Source of the DNA: Dendrobates tinctorius
Taxonomy: Eukaryota
Assembly: GCF_039654945.1 (NCBI RefSeq)
Contig: NW_027361767.1
Location: forward strand, 310,001 to 374,000
DNA: 64,000 bases
Direction: 5' to 3'
Part shown: positions 35,601 to 48,500 of the stretch, one piece after another
How positions within the stretch are numbered: position 1 is the stretch's first letter
How the letters are laid out: every line of letters starts with the position of its first letter
Notes under the pieces: model-generated
The model's input: the letters and a program-made list of their open reading frames with translations, nothing else
Database searches by the model: none
Told to the model about the DNA's origin: nothing
Made by a program: the position numbers and the translations under genes

Positions 35601-38600
35601 ACTAAGCTGCAATAGATAGGCATGGCGCTGGTATTGTAAGACTGCAGCCATATCACGGACAACCCGTTTAAGTATAATGGACGAGTGTTTCTATTCACTG
35701 ACAGCTATCCCGTCATATTAGTCTATTGTGGGATTATATTTTCATTTGTATTTTTTCACCCCACAGTCCAGTTGGCCCCAAATAAAACGACAACACCTCA
35801 ATCTCCAGTGAGCGCAGACCCTTCCCCGTCCTCTGGTGAGTTGTACGCCCCCTGCTGGATATACTGGTCACACTGACTGACGGATGCTGTCACATATCAT
35901 CCGTGATGGCCAAGCTCCACCAGCCCACCAGGGACAATTTATACCTACGAGTTTAGATGTGAAGGTCCTTATGGACTGAGGAATGGCCGTTCTGTTCCAG
36001 GTTTGCCCCCTCCTCCTCGGGACACCTTGGAGGCCCTGCAGCAGAGGATGGACCGGTACCGCAGCGCTGCCGAGCAGGCAAAAGCCAAAGGAGACGACCG
36101 CAAGGCGCGGATGCACGAACGCATTGTGAAGGTGCATCGCGGGGGTCATGGCTGTCTATAAATCGGGGATAACGTTCTGCAACTTTCTCTGCATCTCCGT
36201 TCATCAGCATTTTTATATCAAGATCTCTGCTTGCTGGCGGTGAATGCAGCCATTGTTGTCTACCTGGATCCAATACTACTCCCTGGGCTGTGATAATTAT
36301 TGGGGCTGGGCAGGTTTTCCAGGCCCTTTGTCTTCACTGACAGCAAGCAGAGATCTTGAAAATGGTTGAGACATTGAGCCACAAAGTGTATGAGTCCGAT
36401 TTCTGCTCCTAAGAAGCTTTGTATTGTCTCTTGCCTCCCCACAGCAATACCAAGATGCCGTCCGGAGCTACAAGGCTGGGAAGCAAGTCAATCTGGCCGA
36501 GTTACCTGTGCCCCCAGGTCTGTAGGGGTCACCGCTGGCCAATCCCCCATATTTCTTATTTTTCCGTGTGCTTCTCACAATTTAGCCCCTGTTCACGTGT
36601 GACCAGCAGCATATTTGTGACTTCACAGCTTGTCCTCCATACTTTACCATTTTGCTCCCTGTTCTTTAGGCTTCCCACCAATACAAGGATCTGACGCCGT
36701 CCCCCAGGAGCAAAGTCTGGTCGGTGTGCTGGAAACGGCCATGAAGCTGGCCAATCAGCAGGACGGAGATGGCGATGACGACGATGATGATGATGACGAG
36801 GAGCAAAAGAAAGGGCCCGCTATAGCGCCAAAGGTTAACGTCATGTGCTTAAAGGGGTCCTTCTAGTGGTAGCAGCGGAGACCCCCTTTATGAAACGATA
36901 GATTATATAGACCCCACCATGACTCCGGGTTTCCTTACAGCCTGTCGCTCGCCCAGGACCTGGGTCTACTCTGCAGCCGGCTGCACCCAAACCGTCTCCC
37001 CCCAAGAGTCCCAAATTGTCCGGAAAAGGTGCGTTTCTAGTCCAGGACCCTGCCTGAAAATCCGGCACTTATCTGATCCATCAATGCTGGATTAAAGGTA
37101 TTTTACTGAAATTTTTTTTTTCTTTCTTCTCTCCTCCACTCTCTGTTTTGGGTCTCGCTCCTCTTTTCGTAGCTCAGCAGCAGCTTCAGTTTTTAGAAGG
37201 AAGAAAGAAGCAGCTTCTGACGGCCGCCCTCCGCTCCAAGCAGCACAAAGACATGGAGGGGGCTAAAATGTACCTGCGACAATCCAAGGGCCTGGACCCC
37301 ATGATCGAGGCTGCCCGGGGAGGCCTGCCGGTAGATATCACTAAGGTAAAGAGTTGGTGTGGTCAGAGTTCTGTCAACCGCCCCAACACACACATTGGAG
37401 CTGAGTTGTCACGGTTTTCTTCAGGTCCCTCCGGCTCCGGTAAACCAGGACGATTTCACCCTGGACCGGCAGAGTAAAGGGCGGAGCAGTGAGAAGTATG
37501 CCAAGCTGATGGAGCAGCTAAAGAAACAGCACGAGGTAGGACCACTGTATAGTGGGAGCGACCCACCTGCGGGCCGTCTGTGTGTCAGGAGCAGCAGAAA
37601 GGCCGCGGGGCTGTCTGTGTGTCAGCAGGGGCCTGCCCGCGGTTCAGGCCGCGTGCCAGGAGGGGGCTGCTCCCATGAGGCCTTCTGGACGTCTTGGAGA
37701 TGATCTGACCAAGTCATCCACACATCACCATTTTTCCCATGTTGCACGGGCCGATCATTCACTGCCTTATGTCCCCTCCCTGACAGGCGCCATTGTCAGG
37801 TAGTCCGTGTTTGGCCGACTAATGCAGATTCTCTGGTTATCGATGATTTTCCTCCTTTCCTCTCAGATGTCAATGTCGTATTCTCAGCAGTTCACTCATC
37901 TGGGAAACATCACGGAGACGGCAAAGTGAGTACACCCCGATTTCTTACCCCTCATGTTCTCCGGATATCTCCCAGGGCCGTGCACTCCCTTTTGACTTAC
38001 TCTCCCTGCTTCCTTCACACTTTATTTCCCCCCCCATTATAAACTCTTTATCTTCAGATACGAGAAGCTAGCGGAGGAGTGTATGAAGTACATAGAGACA
38101 GTGAAGCAGGCGCATTCTCGGGGGCTCCCGGTGCCGCACTGTCACTACGAGGAGCGGACCATCAGTGTCGTCAAGTGAGTAAGTCTATGCCGAGCAGTAA
38201 TGTGTATGTATCCACTCCTGACTCGTGTCTGTCCCCCCGCAGGATATTTCCAGAACTGACCAATTCTGACCTGGTGTTATATGTGAATAAGGCCGTGAAT
38301 TTACCCACAGGTGGGTCCTGTCGTCCTCCCATCTGTCCACTCTTCATCCATCTACGCTTTCAGCTGATAAGTGTTTTCTTACAGGGTCGTCGCCCAGTGA
38401 CATGGACACTTACGTGCGCTTTGAGTTTGCTTATCCCAGTCTGGTAAGAGGAGCTGATCACACACAGATTCACCGCCTCATAAAGTAATAACCATCATCG
38501 GATACAAAACATCTCTACTCTCATCATTGCAGGAGGAAGCGCAGAGAGATAAAACCAGCGTCATCAAAGGGACCAACTCTCCAGGTGCGTTGGGGCGAGG

Positions 38601-40995
38601 GGCATATCGCGCTTATGTCACACGTCTGCGTCCCCCGACTCACTGGATCTTCTCTGTCTCCAGTCTATAAAGAGAAGTTCAACCTGCAGATAAATCGCAA
38701 CCACCGTGGCCTGAAGAGGGCGATACAAGCGAAGGGGATCAAATTCGAAGTCATCCAGAAGGGGTAAATGAGGGGCGATAAGCTGCCAGGAGAGAGGGTT
38801 TTGCACTCTGTATTAATGCCATGCTGTGTATACAGGGGGCTATTTAAGAACGACCGTACTTTGGGAACGGCACATCTCAAATTGGAGACTTTAGAGAGCA
38901 ACTGTGAGATCCGGGACATCCTGGAGGTAATTTACTTACATTATCTTCCTCCTCCTCCGCACTGCCCTATAGTTATTACGTCCTTCTTGGTGCCGCACTG
39001 GAAGCATTTCCTCCTCGGTACCGGCCTAGAGGTATTGCCGCCTCGTCCTCCTTGGTACCGCCCTGGAGGTATTGCCGCCTCGTCCTCCTCGGTACCGGCC
39101 TAGAGGTATTGCCGCCTCGTCCTCCTCGGTACCGCCCTGGAGGTATTGCCGCCTCGTCCTCCTCGGTACCGCCCTGGAGGTATTGCCGCTTCGTCCTCCT
39201 CGGTACCACCCTGGAGGTAGTGTCGCCTCCCTTTTGCTTTTTCCACCATTTAGACGTATAGATTTTTACTTGCTCGCCTCCATCCTATCACATTCCTTCT
39301 TTCTTCCAGGTGATGGAGGGCCGCAGACCCACTGGGGGAAAACTAGAGGTGTGCGTCCGAATACGTGAACCCTTCACGTCTCAGCAACTGAGCAGCAGCA
39401 CGGAAAAGTGGCTGGTCATAGATCCCATCACCCTTCCTCCGGTACTTACGCTGATGTCTTACTCCCAATCACCCACCCATTGGCACCCAGCTTTCCTGGA
39501 TTATTTGGAGGGGGACAGTAACACCTCTTGTATTTTACAGGCTTCAGTTTCAAAGCCCAAACAGCCAACCCCAATGAAATCTCCTTCCAGTAGGTGGGTG
39601 CAGTGGGCACGTGATTGGCATGACTAGTGATGTTTTACTCTCTGTACCCTACCTTTAACACCCCCGTCCTTGTATTTCAGCCCCCAGACCCTCCATTGTC
39701 TGAGTGTCTTGGCGTTTGAGAAGGAGAAGCTGGAGAAGAAGGCGAGTATAACTGCACCTCTCCCTACAGACCTCATTCTCATCCGTATCCTCTGATCCCA
39801 ATCTTGTCTTCTCCCCCAGATTGTCGCCTACAGACAGCAGCACCGCACTCCTCCTGATGACCTCATAGCACTGCTTAATGATGTCACTCAGCGCAGCCAG
39901 CAACAGGTGCTGCAGCTCCGTCAGGGAGGACCTGCCATCCGCACCGGTGAGAACCACGGCAGTGGGGGGGCGAACCAGGCTCTCTCCGCTCCCTGAAGGT
40001 TGTGTATTCAGGCAACCGTACACCTACAAATGCCCCTTACACCTGCCGAAATTTGTGGCTTTGCCTCGGTTACTGTAGCATTACTCTACAGGGATCCTCA
40101 GACATCACGTCCTGCACCCCTCATAGCTTCACTACTGCTCAGAGAAGACCCTAATAAGTGACACCATGTCACAGGGCTCCCTTCGTAGGTCTCACATGTC
40201 ATGAGACTTTATGGGGTTGCACCTGTCAGTCTTTTTGCATCACTTTGTATTTCTCGCTCCTTTCAGAATATGTACGGCAGCTAGAACGCTACTTGCAGTT
40301 TTACTCCGATTCTGCTCGGCGTCTCGGTCAAGAGGGCAACAGGGTAAGTGAGCGACTGTCCTGTGCATGGATGTGGGGTACAGATCGGGCTCGAGGCTCC
40401 TATGGAGGCAGCTAGGAGTTTATAGAACTTGTCCCTCAAGGACTCGAACTGAAGAGAAATAATGATATATTCCAGAACATGCGGAATGACAGAAGCAATC
40501 TCCCAAAGAAGGGGGTGAATGTGGCGCCATGTGTGTAGGTAGAGAGAATATACAGCCACGTGCTGCTCTAAAGATCGGCATCCCATCATGTCACCCATTT
40601 CTGTTCACTTTCATAGGAAGCGGCAAAAGAGGCTTTATACAAGAGGAACCTTGTAGGCAACGAGGTGGGTATTTGGCGGTCGCCGAGCAATGTTTGACAG
40701 TCGAGTAAAATGATTCTGAGGACCTTGGTTCAGTAGCCATGTTAGTACTTTGTGGCCACCGATGAGATCGCTGTGAGCCTCCTTTCACTCCCCGGCTCCT
40801 CTTCTGGTCAGTTGCCTGGGGCCATGTCATCTGTGCCTCCAACCATGTCCTACAAATGAGAAGAGGCGCCCGGGATTCCGGCGGGTCACATGGCTTTCGT
40901 CTGTTGGCCACGGACTACAGACATGGACTAGGGTCCTGCCTTAATAGTGATTTTTCTCTTCTTGTCCTCCTCAGCTGCAGAAAATGTCCAGATGA
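29644..40995 (+). CDS. CC2D1A: Coiled-coil and C2 domain-containing protein 1A (Freud-1/Lgd homolog), 29 coding exons
   Basis: Exons 29644-29709, 33841-33964, 34197-34297, 34466-34531, 34617-34748, 34822-35080, 35164-35282, 35416-35488, 35767-35835, 36001-36131, 36445-36517, 36670-36833, 36941-37028, 37173-37345, 37425-37535, 37867-37925, 38058-38174, 38243-38310, 38385-38443, 38533-38584, 38664-38763, 38836-38926, 39310-39441, 39541-39593, 39681-39741, 39820-39946, 40267-40343, 40617-40664, 40975-40995. Four DM14 repeats plus a C2 domain; phases are consistent; synteny supports 1A over 1B. Confidence 0.93.
29738..33766. repeat. ~4-kb minisatellite, 35-bp unit, in CC2D1A intron 1
   Basis: GGGCACCTACCTGTCATTACCGTATATACGCACAC x ~115, with 31/34/37-bp variants. 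Confidence 0.98.
39005..39225. repeat. 37-bp minisatellite (~6 copies) in a CC2D1A intron
   Basis: ggtaccgccctggaggtattgccgcctcgtcctcctc units. Confidence 0.9.
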
Positions 40996-41484
40996 AGATT
41001 GTTGCGGATGTGGATGACTCACGCCCGTAAGGGGCTCTCTCGCCAGTAGGGGGCTCTCACTCCGGGAGCTTATCTTGCCCTTAAGGAGCTCTCTCTTTGG
41101 GGGCTCTCTTGTTCATAGGCTCTCACCCCATGAGGCTCCTGCAGATGTTTACATACCCCCCCTCCCCCACATACACTCCTATAGAAGTTGGGGACCAGTG
41201 CCTTATCCCTCCGAGCACACACTACGTTGGCCCGCCATCATCTTCGGTGACAATCAGACCTCTCCAGCACTTTCTTACCGCTCGGCTGCACTAGTGAGCG
41301 TGCAGGGTTGTGTGAGCGCGCGCATCGTTGTCATCCCCCCTAATACCACACTGCTGTGTCTGCCTGTACCAGACCCGTCCACACTACACGAGAACGGTGC
41401 GAGCGCTCATCCCCCACCTGTCTGTCAGCTTTTTATGTGTAAATTGATACGATACATGATCATGTAGCTGCTGCTAAGAATAGT

Positions 41485-41490
41485 AATAAA
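41485..41490 (+). terminator. CC2D1A polyadenylation signal (putative)
   Basis: First AATAAA after the stop codon, ~490 bp downstream. Confidence 0.65.
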
Positions 41491-42819
41491 GACATAAAAC
41501 CAATATGGCAGCCGTCATACGTCATCACCGCTCTGAATCTGTGGGCATCATTGTACCAATGCCATGTTTGTGCCCCCTCTGCCTCTGTCCTATCTTTTGT
41601 CCTAAGTCTGATCTTGCAGCTGAGCTCCATTTAATTTCTTTAGGTTGAGTTGCAATGCCAGATGTAGCCTAGGAAGGATGGTGGCGCTATTTCTAGATGA
41701 AATGAAAAAGTTGTGTTTTTTTTTTTACATTTCAATTCTTGAATAATAAAACCTTTTAGGGGTTTGATCACAGGTTATAGAAGATAACATTAGGTGCACA
41801 ATTATCCTTTTTTATTTTGCTTTATGTCTTATGACTGTCTTTACGTCCTCTATAACTTACCCCACATCAAGTGCAGGATGAATGGCACGTTCATAAGCTA
41901 CATCAGCGAAGTGCAGGAAGGTTCCCATCACACTTAGCGCATCGTATAGAGAACGTACGCGGCTATGACCTCAGAAGGCGGCCATTTATACGCGGTCATG
42001 TCCTCACAAGACAGCTATATCGCTGCCAGACCGGTATCTCCTAGTCTTTTACCAGGTGGCTGACTACACCGGCACCATAACCCTTCATATGGAGCCATGT
42101 ATGCAAGGAGGAAGCGATACTCCCTAGTGCCACCTATGGGGGCTCTCCTGTCTAGAGTTTGTTTTTGTTTTTTTGGCATCTTGACCATTTTGTCGCTTGT
42201 CCCCTATATACTGCAGTCCTCCTCAGTATACAGTGAACCCAGCAGAGTGCTGTTCGCTTCACCTGAGAGTCCTGGGGGGACTGAGCTCTGCCCAGACACC
42301 ACTGATCTTGCATTTCTCACTGGCCAGGCCTGGTATACCTCTATATATCCCAGGACTTACAGGTAGTACCCCTATAGCTGGCACTAGATAACATGGATTC
42401 TCTGGTTCTGGCGCCGTCACAATATCATCACTTTCTAATAATCGACTTTCTCTAGTCTCCGCCATATCGCTACTCTGCACAGTCCCATATACCGCACCAG
42501 TGAAGACCCCTGCACCGTGCCCAATACTGTTGTCATGAATACTATGCATTGTGCAGCTACTGTATATGCCACGATCGACTCATTAAGTAAATAAATTATA
42601 TATAACACTGTGCATGGTCACATCAGCCGCCAGGAGGGTGGGAGAAGGTCCAGTATGGTGCCTGTAGACCACCATCAAGGTATTGCAAGAATAACAAAAC
42701 AGCCCTACAAAAACCTGTATATTGCAGCGTCTGGATGGATACATAACCCCCTTATCCTCTAGGGATATTGCCCTCATCAGGATCAGATCACTACACCCTT
42801 CTGGGGGGGCGCGTCACAT

Positions 42820-43052
42820 CTCAGCTGCGTCTTATATGGGGGGACGTGTCCTGACTCCAGCTCTACCATGTCTATTTGGGGAGATACATTTCGGCTCCAG
42901 CTCTGCCACGTCAATATGGTGAGATGCGTCCGGGCTCTAGCTCTGCTATATCTATATGGGGGGACGTGTCCCGGCTCCAGCTCTGCTCCATTTATATGGG
43001 GGGACGTCTCCTAGCTCTGCTATATCTATATGGGGGGATGCGTCCTGGCTCC
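42820..43052. repeat. Degenerate ~40-bp minisatellite
   Basis: Repeated tatatggggggacgtgtcccggctccagctctgc. Confidence 0.75.
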
Positions 43053-43445
43053 TTCCTTTCCCTTTTGCAGCAGCCTCCTGCCACTGGTCGCTTCAGTTCA
43101 TTTCGTCATCCTCTGTTGCCCTCTAATAGTTACATTTCCCCCTTTTTTTTAGATTCATGCATTGTTTCTCCTCATCCCATATGTCACATCCATAGTTTTC
43201 GATGTATGGATGTGAATAAGGCGCACTACAATATCAGTTTAGGTATATGGGTGCTCCATCATCTATGGAGAAAGTAATGTCAGAAGGAAGAGAATCCCAA
43301 GACGTGCACCTAATGCTGCAATAAAACAAGGTGCAATGTAACAGCAGCCCAGGAAATTACAATAAACCACAATAATAATAATCAACCACACTAATAATGG
43401 CCAATATCATATGATGAAAAAATGGTAATGATGCAGAATTTAGTG

Positions 43446-43607
43446 CGCAGTCATTGGACAGAGCTGAACACGTAATGAACGATAAGTGATTGGCTCAGCG
43501 GCCCGTCCTGCAAGGAGTTCTGACCAATCAGTGCATGGGAAGGAAGAGTCTCCATGGTAACCAGCTGGACACTGTGACTTGCTGCTAATGATTTGTAGGA
43601 ATTCGTC
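43446..43607 (-). promoter_or_regulatory. Inverted, diverged duplicate of the DCAF15 core promoter
   Basis: Reverse complement of 45289-45483 with one ~30-bp deletion; retains three CCAAT/ATTGG boxes and the X-box GTCTCCATGGTAAC (43548-43561). Confidence 0.8.
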
Positions 43608-44359
43608 AGGGTAGACAGTAGGTGACTGACTTGCCTCTATATAGGGGCAAATTAGTGCTAGTCAGTGATGGTTCATAATAATGTGTGTCCAAGGGAGCCC
43701 CCATAACGGTGTGCCGCAAAAATTCTCTTCTCCACGACTTGCTCCTCCACATCGCCGCTCCTTTACAGCAACTTCTCCACGACAACGCACCTACTGATGC
43801 CGAGAACACCACTGCTGCTCCTGCTACTTCACCGCTGCTGATCCCGCCGTGCCCACAGCTCCCGCGTCACCATGCCCGCTCCTAGACTGCGCTACATCAC
43901 CGGTATTTTTACTTTTTTTTTCCACAGGTGCAGTTCCTTTAATTTTTCAACTTCGGCGGATCCGTACATCCGCCGATCCGATGCCTTCCGTTCCTGTCAG
44001 TCCGCCTGCGGATCCGTTTTCCGCTATTTTGGCGGATTCGGACTGACAGGAAAAACTGAAGTGTGAAACAGGCCTTATCAGTCTTAATAAAAGTGTATTT
44101 TTTTGTAGCAGCATTATGTGCACGTCTTACATGTACTGGGCTTTCTCTTCATTCTGACCTCCATAGATTTCAGGAATTGATGGCTGTGGTTGGTGGCGCG
44201 TTACTTTCAGGATCGTCCCTCTTTGTGACCCATTACTGTCCCTTCAACGTGTGTCTAGAAGTTGGCGCTTCATCTGATCATGGAGCTTTCTGACACCTTT
44301 CTGCTCCGATTTCCTGGAGGGTTTTGCGTTTCCCAGGAACCTGAATATTCCAGAAGAAT

Positions 44360-44925
44360 TATTATGGGGTCTCTAAGGCTGGCACACCGTTGTGGGGGCT
44401 CCCTTGGACACACATTATTATGGGGCCTCTATGGCTGGCACACTTATGGGGTCTCTCTTGGACACACATTATTATGGGGCCTCTGTGACAAGCACACTTA
44501 TGGGGGCTCCCTTGAACACACACTATAATGGGCCCTCTATGAGTGGCACACTGTTATGGGGTCTCACTTGGACACATTATTATGGGGCCTCTATGACAGG
44601 CACATTATAATGGGGTCTACCTTGGACATATTATTATGGGCCCTCTATGCATGGCACACCATTATGGGGGCTCCCTTGAACACACATTATGGGTCCTCTG
44701 TGACAAGCACACTGTTATGGGGTCTCACTTGAACACACTATAATGGGCCCTCTATGAGTGGCACACTGTTATGGGGTCTCCTTTGGACACATTATTATGG
44801 GGTCTCTATAACAGGCACACTGTTATGGGGGCTCCCTTGGCCACACATTATTATGGGGTCTCTATGGCTGGCACACTGTTATGGGGGCTCCCTTGGCCAC
44901 ACATTATGGGGCATCACTGACTGGC
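44360..44925. repeat. Degenerate ~57-bp minisatellite
   Basis: ggcacactgttatgggggctcccttggacacacattattatggggtctctatg units; one inverted unit at ~43670-43715. Confidence 0.85.
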
Positions 44926-45349
44926 ACTTATTTGACCTTATATAAAGGCCCATGAAGACCTGGTCGCCTGGTGCACGGTCCATGGAGGATGACAGGGTCC
45001 GGGCACAGGCAGGGTCCTATGTTGGGGGCTACATGGCCGTATAATGCAGGTGAATGACGATCTGCAGTGGACGGTGACCGCGACAAGCACGTCATGTACC
45101 GTCTACCTGTAACTGACGGGCATGATGCAGTCGTTCCCTGCAGGTCACTTTATGACCCCATTTGCCTGCATTACTGTTTGGCTCCAGTCACATGCACATT
45201 TTATTCTGCAGAAATTCACGTGTATTCAGTTTGCAGTAACTCCAGGCGGTTTACTGCAAAAACCTCCTCATTCACATGAAGGTAACGAGACGAATTCCTG
45301 CAAATGATCAGCAGCAAGTGACAGCCACAAGGCCCATACATCTGTCACT

Positions 45350-45551
45350 GCGACAGCGTCTAGCTGGTTACCATAGAGACCGTTCCTTCCCCGCGCACTG
45401 ATTGGTCAGAACTCCCCGCAGGACGGATCGCTGAACCAATCACGTATCGTTCGTTTCGTGTTCAGCAATGTCCAATGACTGCGTCATTACGTCACCGGAA
45501 ATGCAGGCGGAGTTTGTTGCCGGAAGCGAAGGCACCGGCGGGGAAATGGCG
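45350..45551 (+). promoter_or_regulatory. DCAF15 promoter
   Basis: X-box-like GTTACCATAGAGAC (45367-45380), three CCAAT/ATTGG boxes, CRE-like TTACGTCA, two CCGGAA ETS sites, YY1 AAATGGCG over the ATG; CpG-rich. Confidence 0.75.
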
Positions 45552-48500
45552 CCGAGCTCGAAATCAGACCGGAGCAGCGGAAACCGGAAATGGGGCCCGA
45601 GAGACCATATTATCCGGCAGCTGGACCGAGTGAGGGTAAGAATTGTCCATTGGGCAGGCGACTATATGTAACTGTGACCGGAGGGAAGGAATAACGGGAG
45701 GAGAGAGGACCGGGGAGGAATAATGGGAGGAGGACAGCGAGGACCGGAGAAGGATAACGGGAGGAGGACAGAGAGGACCGGATAAGAATAACGGGAGGAG
45801 GAGAGAGAGGACCAGAGGAGGAGAACGAGGACCGGAGAAGAATAACGGGAGGAGAGAGGACCGGGGAGGAATAATGGGAGAAGGAGAGAGAGGACTGGGG
45901 AGGAATAACGGGAGGAGGAGGAGAACGAGGACCGGAGAAGAATAACGGGAGGAGGAGGAGAACGAGGACCGGAGGAGGAGAACGAGGACCGGAGAAGAAT
46001 AACGGGAGGAGAGAGGACCGGGGAGGAATAATGGGAGAAGGAGAGAGAGGACCGAAGAAGAATAACGGGAGGAGGAGGAGAACGAGGACCGGAGAAGAAT
46101 AAAGGGAGGAGGAGGAGAACGAGGACCGGAGAAGAATAAAGGGAGGAGGAGAGAAAGGACCAGAGAAGAATAACGGGAGGAGAGAGGACCGGAGAAGAAT
46201 AATGGGAGGAGGAGACCGAGGACCGGGGAGGAATAACGGGAGGAGGAGGAGAACGAGGACCGGGGAGGAATAACGGGAGGAGGAGGAGAACGAGGACCGG
46301 TGAAGAATAACGGGAGGAGGAGAGAGGACCGGAGAAGAATAACGGCAGGAGGAGAGAGGACCGGAGAAGAATAACGGCAGGAGGAGAGAGGACCGGAGAA
46401 GAATAACGGGAGGAGGAGGAGAGAGAGGACCGGAGAAGAATAACGGGAGGAGGAGAGAGGACCGGAGAAGAATAACGGCAGGAGGAGGAGAGAGACGACC
46501 GGAGAAGAATAACGGGAGGAGGAGGAGAGAGAGGACCGGAGAAGAATAACGGTAGGAGGAGAGAGGACCGGAGAAGAATAACGGGAGGAGGAGAGAGGAC
46601 CGGAGAAGAATAACGGAAGGAGGAGGAGAGAGACGACCGGAGAAGAATAACGGGAGGAGGAGGAGAGAGAGGACCGGAGAAGAATAACGGGAGGAGGAGA
46701 GAGGACCGGAGAAGAATAACGGGAGGAGGAGGAGAGAGGACCGGAGAAGAATAACGGGAGGAGGAGGAGAGAGACGACCGGAGAAGAATAACGGCAGGAG
46801 GAGAGAGGACCGGAGAAGAATAACGGCAGGAGGAGAGAGGACCGGAGAAGAATAATGGGAGGAGGAGGAGAGAGAGGACCGGAGAAGAATAACGGGAAGG
46901 AGGAGGAGAGAGAGGACCGGAGAAGAATAACGGGAGGAGAGAGAGGACCGGAGAAGAATAATGGGAGGAGGAGAACGAGGACCGGGGAGGAATAACGGGA
47001 GGAGAACGAGGACCGGGGAGGAATAATGGGAGGAGGAGGAGAGAGAGGACCAGAGAAGAATAACGGGAGGAGAAGAACGAGGGCCGAAGAATAACGGGAG
47101 GAGGAGGAGAACGAGGACCGGAGAAGAATAACGGGAGGAGAGAGAGGACCGGGGAGGAATAATGGGAGGAGGAGAACGAGGACCGGGGAGGAATAATGGG
47201 GGGAGGAGGAGGAGAACGAGGACCGGAGAAGAATAACGGGAGGAGGAGGAGAACGAGGACCGGAGAAGAATAACGGGAGGAGGAGGAGAACGAGGACCGG
47301 AGAAGAATAACGGGAGGAGGAGGAGAACGAGGACCGGAGAAGAATAACAGGAGGAGGAGGAGAACGAGGACCATTGAAGAATAACAGGAGGAGAACGAGA
47401 ACCGGAGAAGAATAACGGGAGGAGGAGAGAGAGGACCAGAGAAGAATAACGGGAGGAGAGAGGACTGGGGAGGAATAATGGGAGGAGGAGAACGAGGACC
47501 GGGGAGGAATAATGGGAGGAGGAGAATGAGGACCGGGGAGGAATAATGGGAGAACGAGGACCGGAGAAGAATAACGGGAGGAGGAGGAGAACGAAGACCG
47601 GAGAAGAATTACGGGAGGAGAGAGAGGACCGGAGAGGAATAATGGGAGGGGAGAACGAGGACCGGAGAAGAATAACGGGAGGAGAACGAGGACCGGAGAA
47701 GAATAACGGGAGGAGGAGGAGAACGAGGACCGGAGAAGAATAATGGGAGGAGGAGGAGAACGAGGACCGGAGAAGAATAACGGGAGGAGAACGAGGACCG
47801 GAGAAGAATAACGGGAGGAGAACAAGGACCGGAGAAGAATAACGGGAGGAGGAGGAGAACGAGGACCGGAGAAGAATAACGGGAGGAGGAGGAGAACGAG
47901 GACCGGAGAAGAATAACGGGAGGAGGAGAACGAGGACCGGAGAAGAATAATGGGAGGAGGAGGAGAACGAGGACCGGAGAAGAATAACGGGAGGAGGAGG
48001 AGAACGAGGACCGGAGAAGAATAACGGGAGGAGGAGGAGAACGGGGACCGGAGAAGAATAACGGGAGGAGGAGGAGGAGAACGGGGACCGGAGAAGAATA
48101 ACGGGAGGAGGAGGAGAACGAGGACCGGAGAAGAATAACGGGAGGAGGAGGAGAACGGGGACCGGAGAAGAATAACGGGAGGAGGAGGAGAACGAGGACC
48201 GGAGAAGAATAACGGGAGGAGGAGGAGAACGAGGACCGGAGAAGAATAACGGGAGGAGGAGGAGAACGGGGACCGGAGAAGAATAACGGGAGGAGGAGGA
48301 GAACGAGGACCGGAGAAGAATAACGGGAGGAGGAGGAGAACGAGGACCGGAGAAGAATAACGGGAGGAGGAGGAGAACGAGGACCGGAGAAGAATAACGG
48401 GAGGAGGAGGAGAACGAGGACCGGAGAAGAATAACGGGAGGAGGAGGAGAACGAGGACCGGAGAAGAATAACGGGAGGAGGAGGAGAACGAGGACCGGAG

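Noticed and set aside
42755-42785. Minus-strand CTGATGA-GGG-caatat-CCC resembling a hammerhead half
   Set aside because: Followed by TAGAG rather than GAAA, with no stem I or III
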